NCBI RefSeq assembly: GCF_052425735.1
Contig: NC_135761.1
Coordinates: forward strand, 29,822,001-29,886,000
DNA from: Oculina patagonica
Taxonomy: Eukaryota
DNA: 64,000 bases
Direction of reading: 5' to 3'
In this document: in pieces, positions 63,580 to 64,000 of the stretch
Layout of the letters: every line of letters begins with the position of its first letter
Position numbering within the stretch: position 1 is the stretch's first letter
The notes under the pieces: generated by a model
Told to the model about the DNA's origin: nothing
Databases searched by the model: none
The model's input: only the letters and a program-made list of their open reading frames with translations
Program-made: the position numbers and the translations under genes

Positions 63580-64000
63580 TAAAATGAAATGGCCCTAAGT
63601 GCCGACTTTCGACCACTTTGCACTGGCTGACTTTGTTTGAAGGATTGCAGGGGATTGGTCTTAACAATGTGCGAGTCAGTGAGACATGCGAGCCATTCTG
63701 GTGAGCCTGAAGAACACATTGGTTAGCCTAAATAGTAATCTGGAGCTTATAGTAGGCTAAGATAGCTTGCAGGTAGCCTTTAAATTCGGATTTGGGATTT
63801 CTGGCACACATGGCTCATGTGTCATGCAAGCCATGCAGGCCATTCTGGTTAGCCTACATAACAAATTGGTTAGCAAAAACAGCAACAATAAAGACAATCT
63901 TTACAATTTACATTTCAAGATATTTTAAAAATTAGAGCACTGAATGCCTGGAATAACTATAGGGGCTAGTGGAGCCAGTCAGCCAATTGATAAAAGCTTC

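Noticed and set aside
32593-64000. Cassette 2 as an uncollapsed haplotype of cassette 1
   Set aside because: Gene bodies are far too diverged, with unalignable introns and a different LRR consensus, and each cassette has private insertions with TSDs.

Overview
AT-rich metazoan genomic DNA with spliceosomal introns. Gene content and repeat families point to a stony coral or other anthozoan (inference). The window holds a tandem pair of head-to-head gene cassettes. Each cassette has (i) a minus-strand multi-exon innate-immune-like gene and (ii) a plus-strand USB1 (U6 snRNA phosphodiesterase) gene. The immune-like gene has the architecture GT4 glycosyltransferase - two TRADD-N-like domains - a Thr/Glu/Gln-rich 8-residue repeat region - RI-type 28-aa LRRs - short C-terminal tail. 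It looks like a coral GT-NLR but has no NACHT/NB-ARC exon. Cassette 1 (about 1.4-27.6 kb) appears intact in both genes. Cassette 2 (about 32.6-64 kb) has a 50-bp frameshifting deletion in the GT4 exon, and its USB1 exon 1 is split by a 4.4-kb TTAA/Kolobok-like transposon. Identity between the two immune genes changes abruptly inside the GT4 exon, suggesting copy 2 is a chimera made by unequal crossover. Introns and intergenic DNA are dense with mobile elements: a non-coding split-direct-repeat (Ngaro/PAT-like) element, two apparently identical inverted 1726-bp 9-bp-TSD elements, hAT, Harbinger and Tc1/pogo MITEs, LINE fragments, a twin tRNA-SINE palindrome and an 875-bp near-perfect foldback. 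All exon models were read by hand from splice signals and phase; none has transcript support here.
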